Below are positions 39,284-53,048 of a stretch of DNA of 57,266 nucleotides, piece after piece. The stretch is from the NCBI GenBank assembly GCA_030141605.1, contig JAQGDQ010001177.1:1-57266 (forward strand), given 5' to 3'. This DNA is from Tubiluchus corallicola (lineage: Eukaryota > Animalia > Priapulida). Each line of letters begins with the position of its first letter. The stretch's first letter is position 1. A program made the translations under genes and the position numbers. Below the pieces are notes generated by a model. That model was not told where the DNA came from and searched no databases. It saw nothing but the letters and a program-made list of their open reading frames with translations.

Positions 39284-40079
39284 AGGACGATTGTGTAGAC
39301 ATTAGTTCAAAATAAATCAAAGCTCAGAATAAAAAAATTACCTCCGGTAGTAAAATTTAATTATTAAACACCTAAGTTCAGCGAATCCACCAAGACTGGC
39401 AATGGCGCCTTTCTGTCACACTCGCATGCACGTCATGGAGGTGCGGTACCGTGATAATAATGATCATGAACTGCAGTGTTCATCTGTTATGTCAGTGTGA
39501 CGTAGAACTCATTTTCGTGACATCACGTCAGCGTCTTATAGCAATCTTCGCTTACCTAAACGTGCAGGGAAGATGCCTACCATTGCACAAAGTGTAGTTA
39601 GTTTGTGACGTAGGCGATAGCTGTGTTCGGTTGCCGTTAATTAACTTAGTTGTTAAACTTAAATTTTGTTAAACTTTCAAAGCTATGTGTGGCTCAGTGA
39701 ATCTACTAAGATTGGCAACGGCGCCTTTTTGTCACATTCGCGTGGCCGACAAATGGAAGGCTGTACCATGATAAGGATGATCATGAACTGCAATGTTGGT
39801 TTCATGACGTCATATGATGTAAATCCCATTTTCCGTGACATCATGCGTTTAAACAGTACTGTAACACTTATGCGAATGCGCAAGAGAAGACGCCTACCAT
39901 TGCACAAACTGTGGTTAGTTTGTGACGTAAGCGATAGCTATGTTCGGTTGTCGTTAATCAACTTTCCAAGGTAATTATACAAATATTAGAAACAATTGCT
40001 AACTTTTACAAGAAAGAAAATCTATATTTTTGACGATAAATTAAAATGAGATTGAGTTTAATTAAGCGTCTGGTTTCCT
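39284..40079 (+). mobile_element. Two head-to-tail partial family A elements (39284-39650; 39655-40079)
   Basis: Internal body occurs twice; final end CTGGTTTCCT|TTAA. Confidence 0.8.
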
Positions 40080-40192
40080 TTAAACTGTGTACATGGTGTT
40101 CTTGCGCTTTCCCACGACCACGACACTCCATCTTAATTACTATTGTTTTATTAAGTACTGCCTGTTTGCAACATTATGGCTTTTGAAAAGCA

Positions 40193-40820
40193 TACACAAT
40201 GATTTCTCCAGCAGGAAGTATCCAGTACTCTCCATTTCCGGGATGATGTATGTCTCCTAAACACAATGATTTCTCCAGCAGGAAGTATCAATGATTTCTC
40301 CAGCAGGAAGTATCCAGTACTCTCCATTTCCGGGATGATGTATGTCTCCTAAACACAATGATTTCTCCAGCAGGAAGTATCCAGTACTCTCCATTTCCGG
40401 GATGATGTATGTCTCCTAAACGCAATGATTTCTCCAGCAGGAAGTATCCAGTACTCTCCATTTCCGGGATGATGTATGTCTCCTAAACGCAATGATTTCT
40501 CCAGCAGGAAGTATCCAGTACTCTCCATTTCCGGGATGATGTATGTCTCCTAAACGCAATGATTTCTCCAGCAGGAAGTATCCAGTACTCTGCATTTCCA
40601 GGATGATGTATGTCTCCTAAACGCAATGATTTCTCCAGCAGGAAGTATCCAGTACTCTCCATTTCCGGGATGATGTATGTCTCCTAAACGCAATGATTTC
40701 TCCAGCAGTAAGTATCCAGTACTCTGCATTTCCAGGATGATGTATGTCTCCTAAACGCAATGATTTCTCCAGCAGGAAATATCCAGTACTCTCCATTTCC
40801 GGGATGATGTATGGCTCCTA
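40193..40820. repeat. 67-bp minisatellite, ~9 copies
   Basis: AATGATTTCTCCAGCAGGAAGTATCCAGTACTCTCCATTTCCGGGATGATGTATGTCTCCTAAACGC at 40357, 40424, ... Confidence 0.95.
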
Positions 40821-41444
40821 TCAATTCGCAAGACTAGCAAAGTTTTTCTTACGCCGCGTAACTTTAGACTGTTAATTCATTAAAATAACAAACACCGACG
40901 CTAAACAGACTCCATCTCTGCGCTCGTGTGTGTATACACAACCGACTCAAGTAATACTTGACTCTTAAAACAAATACGAGGTTAACTTGACATTCCTCAG
41001 CTGCCCTAGCATCTCTAATCTCTTTCCGGGCTTCGCCTACGGCTTCTCGAGAAGTTTGCAAAGATCGCTGGCAGAGTTTAGTGCAGGAGAAATTATAATA
41101 AAGGTCGTGAGAAAAAATGGAAAGTTAGTAAAGATCGATAGAATTTGGAAGAAGTTTGGTTAACCGATGAATGTTTGTAAGAGATAGTGGAAACCTTCGT
41201 GTTAAGTAAAGATAGTGGAAACCTTTGTAAAGATTGGTTTTTTATGTAATATAGATAAAGAACTTTACAGGGGTTGGCAAAATTCGTTGGCAGAAAAGGG
41301 TAAAACTTGCTAAATGGAAGGCAGGATGATTTTTCACATACAACCCTATTTTCAAATCCGATAAACAGTTTATATTTTAACACAATTGACACTGCAAAAG
41401 CGTTTCTGATAATTAAATAACAAATTAAAAACTTAATTAACGGC

Positions 41445-41800
41445 AGACGAGCCCAACTATTGATGACATCACAAACTAACATAATTTTCAACAACAAAAA
41501 TTCAAATTTCAAATTTAGCCCAGTGCTCGCGCATGAGCTGTTGAAAGTATGCAGTACGTCACAAACGAACGGCTTTGAACTGAGAGGTGCAGCATCTGTT
41601 TTTGTGCAACGCATTTCATGCACGCACTAGTGCCCGTCTAACTAATGGTGAAATGCATGCAAACAGCGAAGAACTAGTGCTGCAAATCTAAAATTGTGTT
41701 TGTATGGTAATAATTCTTTCACGTAAGTCATTTTTGAAAAAAATTGTGTGTTTCCTTTCAATATTTTAAAGAGTAGTTAAAATTTAGTTGCGACCTATAA
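41445..41800 (+). mobile_element. Family D interspersed repeat
   Basis: Homologous to 29700-30160. Confidence 0.7.
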
Positions 41801-41852
41801 GGAGATGAAAAGGTTATAATTATGCAATTGCATAGACTAATGCAGTTGGGTA

Positions 41853-42180
41853 CGATGATGATGCTGATGCTGATGATAATATGATGACGATGCTGATGAT
41901 GATGATGATGACGACGACGACAACGACGACAACGACGACAACGATGATGATGATGATGACATGACGCCGACATTGATCTTGATAGTGATCATGCTGCTGT
42001 TGCTGATGATGACGACAACGACGACAACGATGATGATGATGATAATGATGATGATATGACGACGACATTGATGATGATAATGATCATGCTGCTGCTGATG
42101 ATGATGATGACAACGACATTGATCTTGATAATGATCATGCTGCTGCTGATGATGATGATGATGACGATGGTGATGATGGA
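41853..42180. repeat. (GAT/GAC/GCT)n repeat with internal higher-order duplication
   Basis: GACATTGAT...GATCATGCTGCTG block occurs three times. Confidence 0.9.
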
Positions 42181-42383
42181 GCTAACGTTGTTGACTGTGA
42201 CGGGGAGGATGCTTATAATAATAATTATGATAATTGTGATTAAAATAAGCATCCTTTGACGAAGCTTGAAGCGGGTAAGGGACAAAGTATGCTTCTTTAT
42301 AACGAAACTTTGTGTGACAAAAACGTTTTTCAAAATTTGGGTTGTTGTAAGACATCTTAAACGTTCTGTTGTTTAGACGGTAC

Positions 42384-42894
42384 CAGGGATGAGAATGACA
42401 AACTGCAAAAAAACTCTGAAACAGGCCGGGGGTTTGGTGGCTGCGTAGGCCCCCCATGGGGGTTCAAGGAGCCCCTTGGAGCCAGTAACAAATTGCAATT
42501 TTGTGACCATAGAGAGCCTCTAAGTGGACTTAAAGTATCAATTACCTTGTTTCATGCATAATTTAAAATACCCAACTATCAAGGATACATGATACCTAAT
42601 TGTCTCAAAAACGCCTAAGTACTGGCCGCTCCTATGCAAAAGTATATAAAAACTGTCTGCAATTGACTCAAATAACTCCGCACAATTGATTCTATATTTT
42701 TATACATAGAGATATACACGTGGTTACACTGATATACGTGATGTAAACAAAGTGACGGCCTGCCAACTAGCGGTCAGCTTGTGAAATAATGTACTGGGTC
42801 CGTAAAAATTTTCTCAGTGAATTTACGCGATTTACAAAAATCGCACTACTGGTCTTCCAAAAACTCGGAATTCCACGGCGAATTCTCCTCCCTG
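42384..42894 (+). mobile_element. Family E hAT-like MITE with 6-bp TSD
   Basis: CGGTAC|CAGGGATGAGAAT ... ATTCTCCTCCCTG|CGGTAC; second copy at 53917-54430. Confidence 0.8.
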
Positions 42895-43388
42895 CGGTAC
42901 AGTAAACAATCATTCTAGCCAATCACAATCACCCTTCGTCATTCTTGGCTGTTAGTTGGTCAGTTTTCAACACTTAGTCTCCTTTCCATGGCGCTGACTA
43001 AATCCTCTACAAAGCTTCTCTCTTCCCTTCTTTGATTTTAAGTGTCACTTGTCGTAGTTAAGAGAGACGAGTGAATGGCTTATTCTTGTGAAAAACGTCA
43101 TAAAAGAAGAGAGATTGATTGAATTTCATAATCTGAAGCTGGAGGAGGCGTCGTCTTCCATTGGTGCTGAAACTGTAGAAAGGGGCACTACAGATGCTGA
43201 CATTCAAGACCTATTCCGGATTAACTCATAGATACAAAAGACGCCATTGTTTTGTAGTGCGCATTTTTGACGTTTTGGTTTAAAGCATGTTGTTAAGCAT
43301 GTCATGAAAACGTTCTGCCACCCCCCCCTCACTAGAGTTATAATCTACGGTTTTGTTAAGATTCTTCAAAGAAGTCACAATATTCAAT

Positions 43389-43772
43389 AAGCCTTTTCAC
43401 ATTTTCGCGATTCGCACGCGCACTTGCTGTAGGTCAAAGGTTAAGTGTATCACAACCACACGTTCTAACCACAACCGTCACGTAACGTGTCGGTAAAGCA
43501 AAGCCGTCTAGCATATCAGTTCAGTAACTTCAGTTATTTTGCGTGGACTTTATTTAATTATGCATTAGTCTGCCTGCCTTGAGTGATTTACTAGCAGGAT
43601 CTTGCTTGGGAACAAGAAAAAATGAACTAGGTAAGGTTCTAGCTAGCTGTTAAAACTGTTACCATTACAATAGCATGAGCTGCAAGGCGTTGTCAAGTGT
43701 ACACAAATGCATTGTTTGGTTCACCTAACATTTGATCTTTCCACGATCATCATCAATCGCTGGAACTGTGAA
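43389..43772 (-). mobile_element. Family C MITE, reverse orientation
   Basis: AGCCTTTTCAC start; reverse complement of 46342-46737. Confidence 0.85.
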
Positions 43773-43897
43773 CATTTTGTGCCCAGAAATTAATACAATG
43801 ACTACAATACAAGCAACTTGGCGTTGGTATCCACGCCTAACAACGAAACCTTTGAAACGAAATATGTTTGGAATTTGACGGAAATTAAATTACTTTA

Positions 43898-44464
43898 CCA
43901 GTATTGCCGAATTGTAACTGTGGATTTCGATTTGAGTCTATTGAACACTTTTTGTTGCACTGCCCATTGTATTAACAAACTAGGGTTGTTATGTTTGATA
44001 AATTAAATGAAATACTTCTGCCCGAAAACTTTAATATAGCTACCTTAGGAACTAATGATCTGTTGAAGTTGTTACTATTCAGAAAAGATGAATTTAACTA
44101 TGTTGCTAACTGTAAAATATTCCATTGCATACATGACTTGATATTACGTACTAAACGCTTCCAGTAGTTTCTATCTGATATGAAATGCATCAGTCTTAAA
44201 TATTCGTACATTAATATTTTCTACTAATGTCTAATGGAATCTTGTAGTAAAACTTGTCAGCTTGTGTAGATATAGTCTATTCTTACTGTAAATGTTACTA
44301 ATGTCTAATGTAATCTTGTAGTAAAACTTGTCAGCTTGTGTATTTATAGTCTATTCTTACTGTAAATGTTTTTGTAAATAGTGTATAAAGTCTGTTCTGG
44401 TGAGGATCCTAAATCATGTTGTTCAAACTGTCTGATCCAATCCCATAATAAATTATGTTTAAAG
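43898..44464 (+). mobile_element. 5'-truncated CR1/L2-group LINE with 12-bp TSD
   Basis: CNCGFRFESIEHFLLHCPLY*...NCKIFHCIHDLILRTKRFQ*; TAAATTACTTTA at 43886-43897 and 44465-44476. Confidence 0.88.
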
Positions 44465-44569
44465 TAAATTACTTTATTGCAGTAAGGGTTTTTTTGGTGC
44501 ACCCAGGATCCCACCTCGTGTTTTTGAGGGTTAAAAGAACTGTCAAGGAGGCTTCTGCTTTTCTATTAA

Positions 44570-45019
44570 CCCTTTCAGTGCCAAATTATTTTTTTAATAA
44601 GAAAATTTTTTTTGGCTTGGTACTTTTGTTCAGTATGTCCATCTTGTTTACATATAATAATTATTTTTTTCTACCTGTGCCCGCGTGCTAAATATAGCCT
44701 GTATCCCACGGATACATTGGGATTCAATGGAAGCAAAAAATGTGCTTCATTTTGCAACGCGGATAATTTTTTAAAGTATTTAAGACATTTAGTATGCATG
44801 CTATGCTGATCTGTACAAAGTCGTCTCTAAAGTACTGTACCTTGCGCAGTTTTTTATGCTATGTAGATTTTCTAGTTTGCCATTTTATCACCATTTTTAG
44901 TCTATTGTTATTGGCTTAAATCAAAATAACTATTAACAGATCAAATAACTGTCAGTTTTAAAATTTTTAAAGGCAGAAAATATTCTCGTATCCCACGGGA
45001 TACAACGGGTATGAAAGGG
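44570..45019. mobile_element. piggyBac-like MITE (450 bp)
   Basis: TTAA|CCCTTTCA ... TGAAAGGG|TTAA; internal GTATCCCACGG(G)ATAC occurs twice. Confidence 0.8.
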
Positions 45020-45489
45020 TTAATTGAAACGTCGATTAAACTGGTACATTTGACTACATTGTTCTAGAAGATCTGTGACGTTTAAGCGGCCTCATTGCCA
45101 AGTGCATTGGTTTCTACGCAGCGGGAAAAACAGACAAAATGCAATTAGGAACCCAACAACCGTTTGAATGTAACAACCAATCAAGCATTGACTGATCTCC
45201 GATCTCTTTGCTTGATGAATGTTAAAATGAACTTTGACTTCGTTTGCAAGGATGAAAGGGACGCAAAGCTTTTGTTTGTTGAGGAAAATGTAGCCGCCGG
45301 TTCTGCATAGAAGGATTGTTTAAAATAGAATTCTGACCAAGTGTGTAACTGAATCAGAGTGTAGAGCAATAACAACACGTGTAAAGGGAAAAGAAAAGGA
45401 TGGTCAGAAAGGGCAAGTGGGGTAAGACGGAAAAGTGGGGTAAGGTGAACCAATCCCAGAGTCACTTGGTTTTTACGTACCCTTGAAAA

Positions 45490-46121
45490 AAATTTAACAA
45501 ATGTTTACTGAAAATCAGATAGCTTGCTTTGTGTGACATTTTTGCATGACTTTAGTTAAGCTGCAGAAGTTTGAATTAGTCTACGGAAAGCCACGACGCG
45601 TTTACGAAAGGTCACGAAGTCTCAAAGTTACGTCATAATTTTCAAGCAAATGACGGCAACCACATATTTTAAATTTATATTTTACAGGCAGTTCTTTGCA
45701 AATTTCTCTTTTATATTTTTCTAAGTTTAAGTGATAACAGTAAAATAAAACAAACATACTGAGTGACTTGTTCTTTTCTTTAGCACACCACAAACAGTTT
45801 AAGTGATATCAGCAAAATAAACCCAACATACTGAGTGACTTGTTCTTTCCTTTAGCACGTCACAAACAGTTTAAGTGATAACAGTAAAATAAACCCAACA
45901 CACTGAGTGACTTGTTCGTTCCTCTAGCACACCACAAACAGTTTAAGTGATGACAGTAAATTAAACCAAACATATTGTTCTTTCCTCTAGCACACCACAA
46001 ACAGTTTAAGTGATGACAGTAAATTAAACTAAACATATTGTTCTTTCATTTAGCACACCACTAACAGTTTAAGTGATAACGGTAAAATAAACCCAACGTA
46101 CTGAGTGAGTTGTTCTTTCCT
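45490..46121 (-). mobile_element. Family B element with ~6 terminal 72-bp units (two with an internal deletion)
   Basis: Homology to 54796-55924; ends GAGTTGTTCTTTCCT|CTAA. Confidence 0.85.
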
Positions 46122-46341
46122 CTAAGTTACCAAGTGCAAATTCTGTCATGATTGTTGGCTTTTTACACGTTGCAATAGTTTTTAATAGTTCACAAGCGCC
46201 TGATAATAACACGCTGCGTATATAATTAATAACCAAGACCTGCTTTTGACATTTTGAGAATTTTCATTTTTTCAACTACTGTTTTTCGCACCCTTCTTCA
46301 GAACCTTCTGCTTTCTAAGTTTAATTCAAAACCTTTGCCCT

Positions 46342-46737
46342 AAACTTTTTCACAGTTCCAGCGATTGATGATGATCGTGAAAAGGTCAAAGGTTAAGTGT
46401 ACCAGACAACGCATTTGTGTACACTTGACAATGCCTCGCATCCCATGCTATTGTAATAGTAACAGTTTTAGCAGCTAGCTAGAACCTTACCTAGTTCATT
46501 TTTCTTGTTCCCAAGCAAGATCCTGCTAATAAATCACTCTACGCACAGACTAATGCATAATTAAGTAAAGTCCACGTCAAACAACTGAAGTTCCTGAGAT
46601 GATGCGGCTTTGCTTTACCCACATGTCACGTGACACTTGTAGTTAAGACTCGTTGTTGTGTTGTTAAGACGAGCTTCTGTGGTACACTTAACCTTTGACC
46701 TACAGCAATTGCGCATGCGCATAACAGTGAAAAGGCT
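46342..46737 (+). mobile_element. Family C MITE, most complete copy
   Basis: CTTTTTCAC...GTGAAAAGG termini; subterminal inverted repeat AGGTCAAAGGTTAAGTGTACCA / TGGTACACTTAACCTTTGACCT. Confidence 0.88.
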
Positions 46738-47727
46738 GATTTGCGAACTCGAGACTTTGACGAATTTCCCCCCAAAAAGCGCAAAGCTACATTATTCATC
46801 CAAAACGTATGAATAATCTACGACGGGACGCTTGAATGTCATGCTAGTGGAACCGAAATGAGTTTTGCTAAAACTTAATGGAGAATTCAGCAGATGCTTG
46901 CCTATATCTGGACTCGAATCAGCAGAAAGAGAAGCCACAGAAGCCATAACCCATTGCTCTGATGCGGAGGGATAAATCATCCTCAACAGTTGCAGTATAT
47001 AAACTGACATATCAGTGTGAAAAATCAAGTCCGCGGATTAACTTCAATTCAGGGAAGATTAGCTGAGTTAAATGGACCGAAACGGGAAATGTGAGAAAGT
47101 CGCGTTAGACCGTGATCACCCTCGGGGCAGTGTCACGCATCGACCATGCGATGACGTCATACGTAAAGCCGCTGATTCGAAATTTGAGCAGTCGTACAAA
47201 CGCGCAAACAAGCTTGACGAAGAAGCGAAATGGTCCAACGCTATATAAAAACTTACCTCTATACAAATGAACAATGTAGTAAATATACATTAAAATAATA
47301 ATAGATAATTGAAATCCAAAATGGCCGCCAAATTAGGTATATCTATAAGCTTATTATTCTTATTATCTCACGCAAGCTACAAGCAGATTTCATGAGCTAA
47401 AAGTCTGTGACTAAATGTACTACACATGATATTTAATGAAATATTTGCAAAAATCAATAATACGCTTGCACCCAATAATCCCAATTGCAGGTTCGTTCAA
47501 GATGGCTGCCAAGATAGCTTGCTTATTTAGTAACTATGGAAAATATAAATTTAAAACAAAAAAAATGAATTCCTTGACCCGGAAAATCACCGTTTACTGC
47601 CTCAAATATAATGCTTGAAGAACAGCAGCATGAATTGTATTTTATTGCATAAACAATCATGTATTTTCAAAATGTCCGTTATTCGGCCAAAAACCCTTTG
47701 GTTAGATGGCAAGTAATCAAATTCTGA

Positions 47728-48055
47728 CCACCGCCACCTCCATCATCGTCATCAACCTCATCATCATCATCATGATCACCATCATCGTCATCAAGATGAT
47801 CATCACCATTACTGCCACCACCGTCACTGCCACCATCACTACCACTACAACTGCCACCACCACCACCGCCATCACCATCATCATCATCATCATCATCACC
47901 ATGACTGCCACCGCCTCCACCACCATCACCATCATCGTCATCACCATCACCATCACTACCATTATCACCACCACCACCACCATCATCGTCGTCGTGGCCA
48001 TCATCACCGCCATGGTTGTCATCAGCACTGCCATTATCATCATCATTATCGTCAC
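47728..48055. repeat. (CAT/CAC)n degenerate trinucleotide repeat
   Basis: Direct inspection. Confidence 0.92.
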
Positions 48056-48862
48056 TGTTGTCTGAGCAAGCCGTTGTTGACGTCAATCATTATGTGCCTT
48101 TCTTAGGTGGTTATCAATGTTGTAAAATCATTTTACTTTCGTTTTCTCAACTTTTTTTGCTTCTCGTTTTCTTAAACTGATCTATATTTGACCGTCAAAC
48201 AATAACCTGGTAAAAAAACTCACTTTTCAGATTTATTGCAGGTCTGATGCTGCAAGGTAAATAAAGTTTTTGCTGCTCTTGTGTTTGCCCTTCCTCCTCG
48301 CGATGATTGATTTACCTTAATTGTTGCGACTTTATTGTTCAAAAGAAACCGAACCTCCAAGGAAAAGAGAATTTAAGTGCGGTGGAAATTGATAATTGCT
48401 ACGTATACCGGATAGTCTGTCATTATTTTTGACTGGCTTCATTTCCTGAAGAGAAAGAGATGTAAGAATAGATGTCACGGCTAGTGTTATCTAATTGCTG
48501 TATATTGGAAACGGTGAAAATACATTGAACTTATTAAGTGACAGTGTTTCAGTAAGTTTAGTTACAAGTTACCAACCATGATTTTTGAAGAAAGCCTTTA
48601 TCTCAAATGGGGAGCTATTTTAAAATTGGATTTTTTAGTGAACTTTTATTTTAAGTTATAACAATTATTCAGCAATGCAAAGTGTGCCCCCCCCCCAAAC
48701 TTAATGGGCCCTAGACTGCAGCCTAATGCAGCCCTGATTACCACCAATGTTTTTGAAAAAACCATCACAATTAACACAACTCATTATGCTCTTTTATTAT
48801 TTCCAAATTAAGTCACTTTCTAAAGCAAATTAGCAGCAGCAAAGTCAGGGGTAATTAGACAA

Positions 48863-49036
48863 AGGAGAGGTCAACTCTTCTAGGAGGTTAGGCTTATTTC
48901 AATGTTCGCGAAAAATTTATTATTTAATTTTTAATTCTTTATTTGTCATTAAAATTGTTCACTCATTATAATAAAATTGAATAAGCCTCAGCGTAGTGTT
49001 AAGATAACCACACTGTTCGAGACAAATGCGTCCAGT
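48863..49036 (-). mobile_element. Family B right-end fragment followed by a LINE 3' UTR fragment
   Basis: AGGAGAGGTCAACTCTTCTAGGAGGTTAGG; 48930-49036 is the reverse complement of ~30955-31060. Confidence 0.7.
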
Positions 49037-49229
49037 TTGCAAAAATCACGTGTACCCCGTCTAATTATTTGTGACGTAAATTCTGTCTAGGCTTCATTGT
49101 TAGTAGTCACTGTTGACTTCGCCACGTGCTGTAAATTTACGTTTACGTGTTTTTGTGGCGTGAAATTCTAACAACTGAACAAAAACTGATTTACAACAGA
49201 CAGCTATTGAATAAATACAGCAATGCAAT

Positions 49230-49730
49230 TTCCATATTTTTTCCATAATAGCTGCGCCTAGCGTTGGCTTCGTCTTATCTAAGACGGTGTGGTGACATGG
49301 CTTCGCATTTAACTCTTTTATCACGGTCACAATGTGGTCATTAAGGACACAGTTTGGTTAAGCCGTACGAGTAGACGTCGCACACTTGACACCTTTTCCA
49401 ATTTCGAGTTTGACTTAATTCCATCTATTGCAGAAAATATGATGGGTAAAGAGCGGGGGGCCTATTACACCGCCTTGAAGAACGCCACTAGTGCTTGCTA
49501 GTAATCTTCAACGTGTTAACACTTACATTACCCGCCTGCTGATCATCAAATAAATTGAATGCTGTTGAAATCTGGAACAAGAAAGCAGAAGCAGTTGAAT
49601 AAATATTATACTCGGTTATTTCTAGACGCCTATTTAATAACCTAGTCAGGTTTCCCAACTTTGCCCTGCTGCAAATGCTCCAAACAAAAGCCATGTGATG
49701 GACGCTTATACGCGTCATTCGACCCGGTCT
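49230..49730 (-). mobile_element. Degraded LINE reverse-transcriptase remnant
   Basis: Minus strand TSGVLQGGVIGP (cf. SGVPQGSVLGP), HGF and ISTAFN (cf. DFSKAFD), with frameshifts. Confidence 0.45.
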
Positions 49731-50402
49731 TTTGCCAAACTTATTTCATTACTGCAAGGCAAAATAACTAGCATAATCTAATGCTAATAAAATCTTTGTA
49801 TCCGACATCTATTTGCATTAAAAAAATTAAATCTACGCCGCGGCGGGACTAAACTAATTTTCGGCAACAAAAGAATGTTTCACGAAACACACATTTTCGT
49901 TTCAAACTTGCATAAACTAATTTACGTCTCGGAGTCTCGGGGATTTCCAAGAGTTGTGTTCTTGCTTGCGCGCAGGATAATGTGATTTTGGATTAGAATG
50001 AAATACGATATCCGGCTCAATACAGCACAGATATTTGCCTAGACTGACATACCATTAGTTGATAAAGAGCAAACATGGCGGGATTCTTTCTCTCTGCAGT
50101 TTAATCAGCAAAGTCACATTCATTAGTTCGGGTAACATATAGTTAACTATGTACACGCTCTCTGAAGACGGCGGTCAAGTCAACTGAGGTTTATTAACAT
50201 ACGAAGAAAGGGTGGCTTCGTATTCAACAGGTTATTGCAATTTGTGAATTCACAACCTTGTACATACAGGGTGTCTCATAAGTCACTGTACAATTTACAT
50301 ATTCCATATTTTTTAATAATCAAAGCTTAAAATTGGTAGAGATGAACTAAAAGTTTGCACAATATTTTTAGACAATTAGACAAAATATGGAAAAAAAACT
50401 AT

Positions 50403-50900
<498 letters not shown>

Positions 50901-50932
50901 TCAATATTATAGGACCTAATTGCCTTATGTTA

Positions 50933-51478
50933 TGCCACCATAATTTAAAATCACACGTAAGTAGAATTAGAGCAGTATTAAATCAAATCAAAGTAAAATG
51001 AAGCTCCTTCTCCTCCTCACAGTAACTCGCTTAGTTTATTTATTTTTCAACGTGTTTGAAATCGACCTGAATAGGACAAGCCTGTTCTGAAGTCGCTCTG
51101 CCAACTTCTTTGTTAATTATTAATAAAGGGAACACAAGTATAGTGATTTATAAGGTCACACTAAAACCACATCAGTTAAAAACAATCTAGCTGAAAATAG
51201 AATGTAATTAAAAACCATGGTGATTAGTTAAAATCACCTTAAAATAGAATAAAATCACCTTAAGTTAAAGCCACCATAATTTAAAATCACATTGAAGTAG
51301 AATTAGGACAGTATTAAACCAAATTAAAGTAAAATCACATTGGAGCAAAGTTATTAGCGTCATACTACCCCAATGAATATTCTGATTGCTTAATGCAACA
51401 CGAAGCTAACATGTTTGAAATCGATTTGAATAGGACAAGACGGTTCCAAAGTCGCTCTGCCATGTTCATTGTTAATTA
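50933..51478. repeat. Old degenerate ~340-360-bp tandem duplication
   Basis: GCCACCATAATTTAAAATCAC at ~50934 and ~51270; GTTTGAAATCGA..TGAATAGGACAAG at ~51054 and ~51413. Confidence 0.75.
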
Positions 51479-51833
51479 GGTGCTACATATTTTCGTACAA
51501 TAGGAAACAATAGGGTTTGCAAGCAGTATTGTGTAAAACGGTTTTCATGTAAATCCATAAGGGAAAAGCGGCAACTCTGTCACTATAGAGAGAGATGAGC
51601 TTATTGAATGACACGTACGTATCTCAAATGCAGAAGCCTGATTATTAATAAAGGTGAGCTGGTATAAATGCAGTAGCATAAGCCGACAAAGGCTGTAACG
51701 TCATGCCAACCAAATGTTTATAATGGTGGAACAAAGAGGCACATTGTGCGTTTATAAATTTATGCAAGCGAGCTGTTAATAATGGCAGAGAATAAAACTG
51801 TTTGTCCTCGACGGTGTGTCACAAAGCTTTTAA

Positions 51834-52130
51834 ATAAAAGGACAAGTCACTTTTGAATGTTGGGTTTATTTCCACTGCTATTAACTAAATTTAGAAAAAT
51901 ATAACAAAGAAATTTGCAAAAATTACCTATAAAGCATGAAGTTAATGGCTGTAAAGAAATTTTCATGTTTGGTGGAAGTCGCCATTGATTTAGAATTGTG
52001 ACGTAATTGGTGGACATTGTGACTTTTCGTAAGCGCGTCGTGGCTTTCCGCGGGCTGCTTAAACTAATTCAAACTTCTGCGGCTTACCCGATGTTAAAAA
52101 AATTCACAAAAGTAGCTTTTTTGTAAAAAA
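51834..52130 (+). mobile_element. Diverged family B left half with a single, unamplified terminal unit
   Basis: ACAAGTCAC...GTTGGGTTTATT...AATTTAGAAAAATATAACAAAGAAATTTGC. Confidence 0.75.
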
Positions 52131-52744
52131 TCATTATAATATAACGTCCCTTATATAAGAATTTTTTCTAAAATGCGACGCCCCTCAAATTTTGGCGCCC
52201 TAGGCTAAAGCCTAGTCACCCTATTGGTTGATACGCCCCTGTGTATGAGAGGAAGGAGTCTGGTAGCTGAATAATGTTTAACTGAATAACATGCTTAGCT
52301 ATGTAATGTCTAGTCTAACTTTGAAAACTTTATTCTTATGAAATTTCATTAGAAAATTCTTAAGGGAGAGGTTAATTCGCAACCTATTTCAATAAGCGTC
52401 AGCGCCGTCTTTTATTAAGCGTCAACAGGACTTGGTTACGTCACCAATACTATTAGCAATTGATAAATTAGCTCGTTTATCATTTTGGGCTTTTCAGAAG
52501 ATTTAAGAGTGACTTTATTTGGCTAGGACACGAGAAAGAAGTCGCTAAACTTTAAAACTTCATCAAACCAAGATAAATGTTAAAATAATTTCTGACGGAT
52601 ACAGATTTCGCGAGCAACAATTAATGGTCAGCACCCTTTCCCAGGGAGCTTACAAGGCTGTAATGGCTGAACTGGAAAGAAGAGACATTTATGAAAGGAA
52701 TGTGGCTGTTAGCACACGTGAAATTGGACTTTTTTATGGATCAA

Positions 52745-53048
52745 TGCGCGCTTACGGAAAGCCACGACGCGCTTACGAAAAGTCACGAAGTCTCCCAGTT
52801 ACGTCATGATTTTCAAGTGAATGGCGAAAACCACCACGCCTGAAAATTTCTATTCAGAGGTAGTAAATTTTAAATTTATGCTTTATAGGCAGTTCTTTGC
52901 AAATTTCTTTTGTATATTTTTCTAAGTTTAAGTGATAACAGCAAAATAAACTCAACACACTGAATGACTTGTTCTTTCCTTTAGCACACCACAAACAGTT
53001 TAAGTGATAACAGTAAAATAAACCCAACATATAGACCTGTTCTTTCGC
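52745..53048 (-). mobile_element. Family B fragment with 2 terminal units
   Basis: Homology to 55380-55600. Confidence 0.8.

Noticed and set aside
40864-41070. Possible minus-strand exon (RSLQTSREAVGEARKEIRDARAAEECQ)
   Set aside because: Acceptor is plausible but there is no clear donor or recognisable homology
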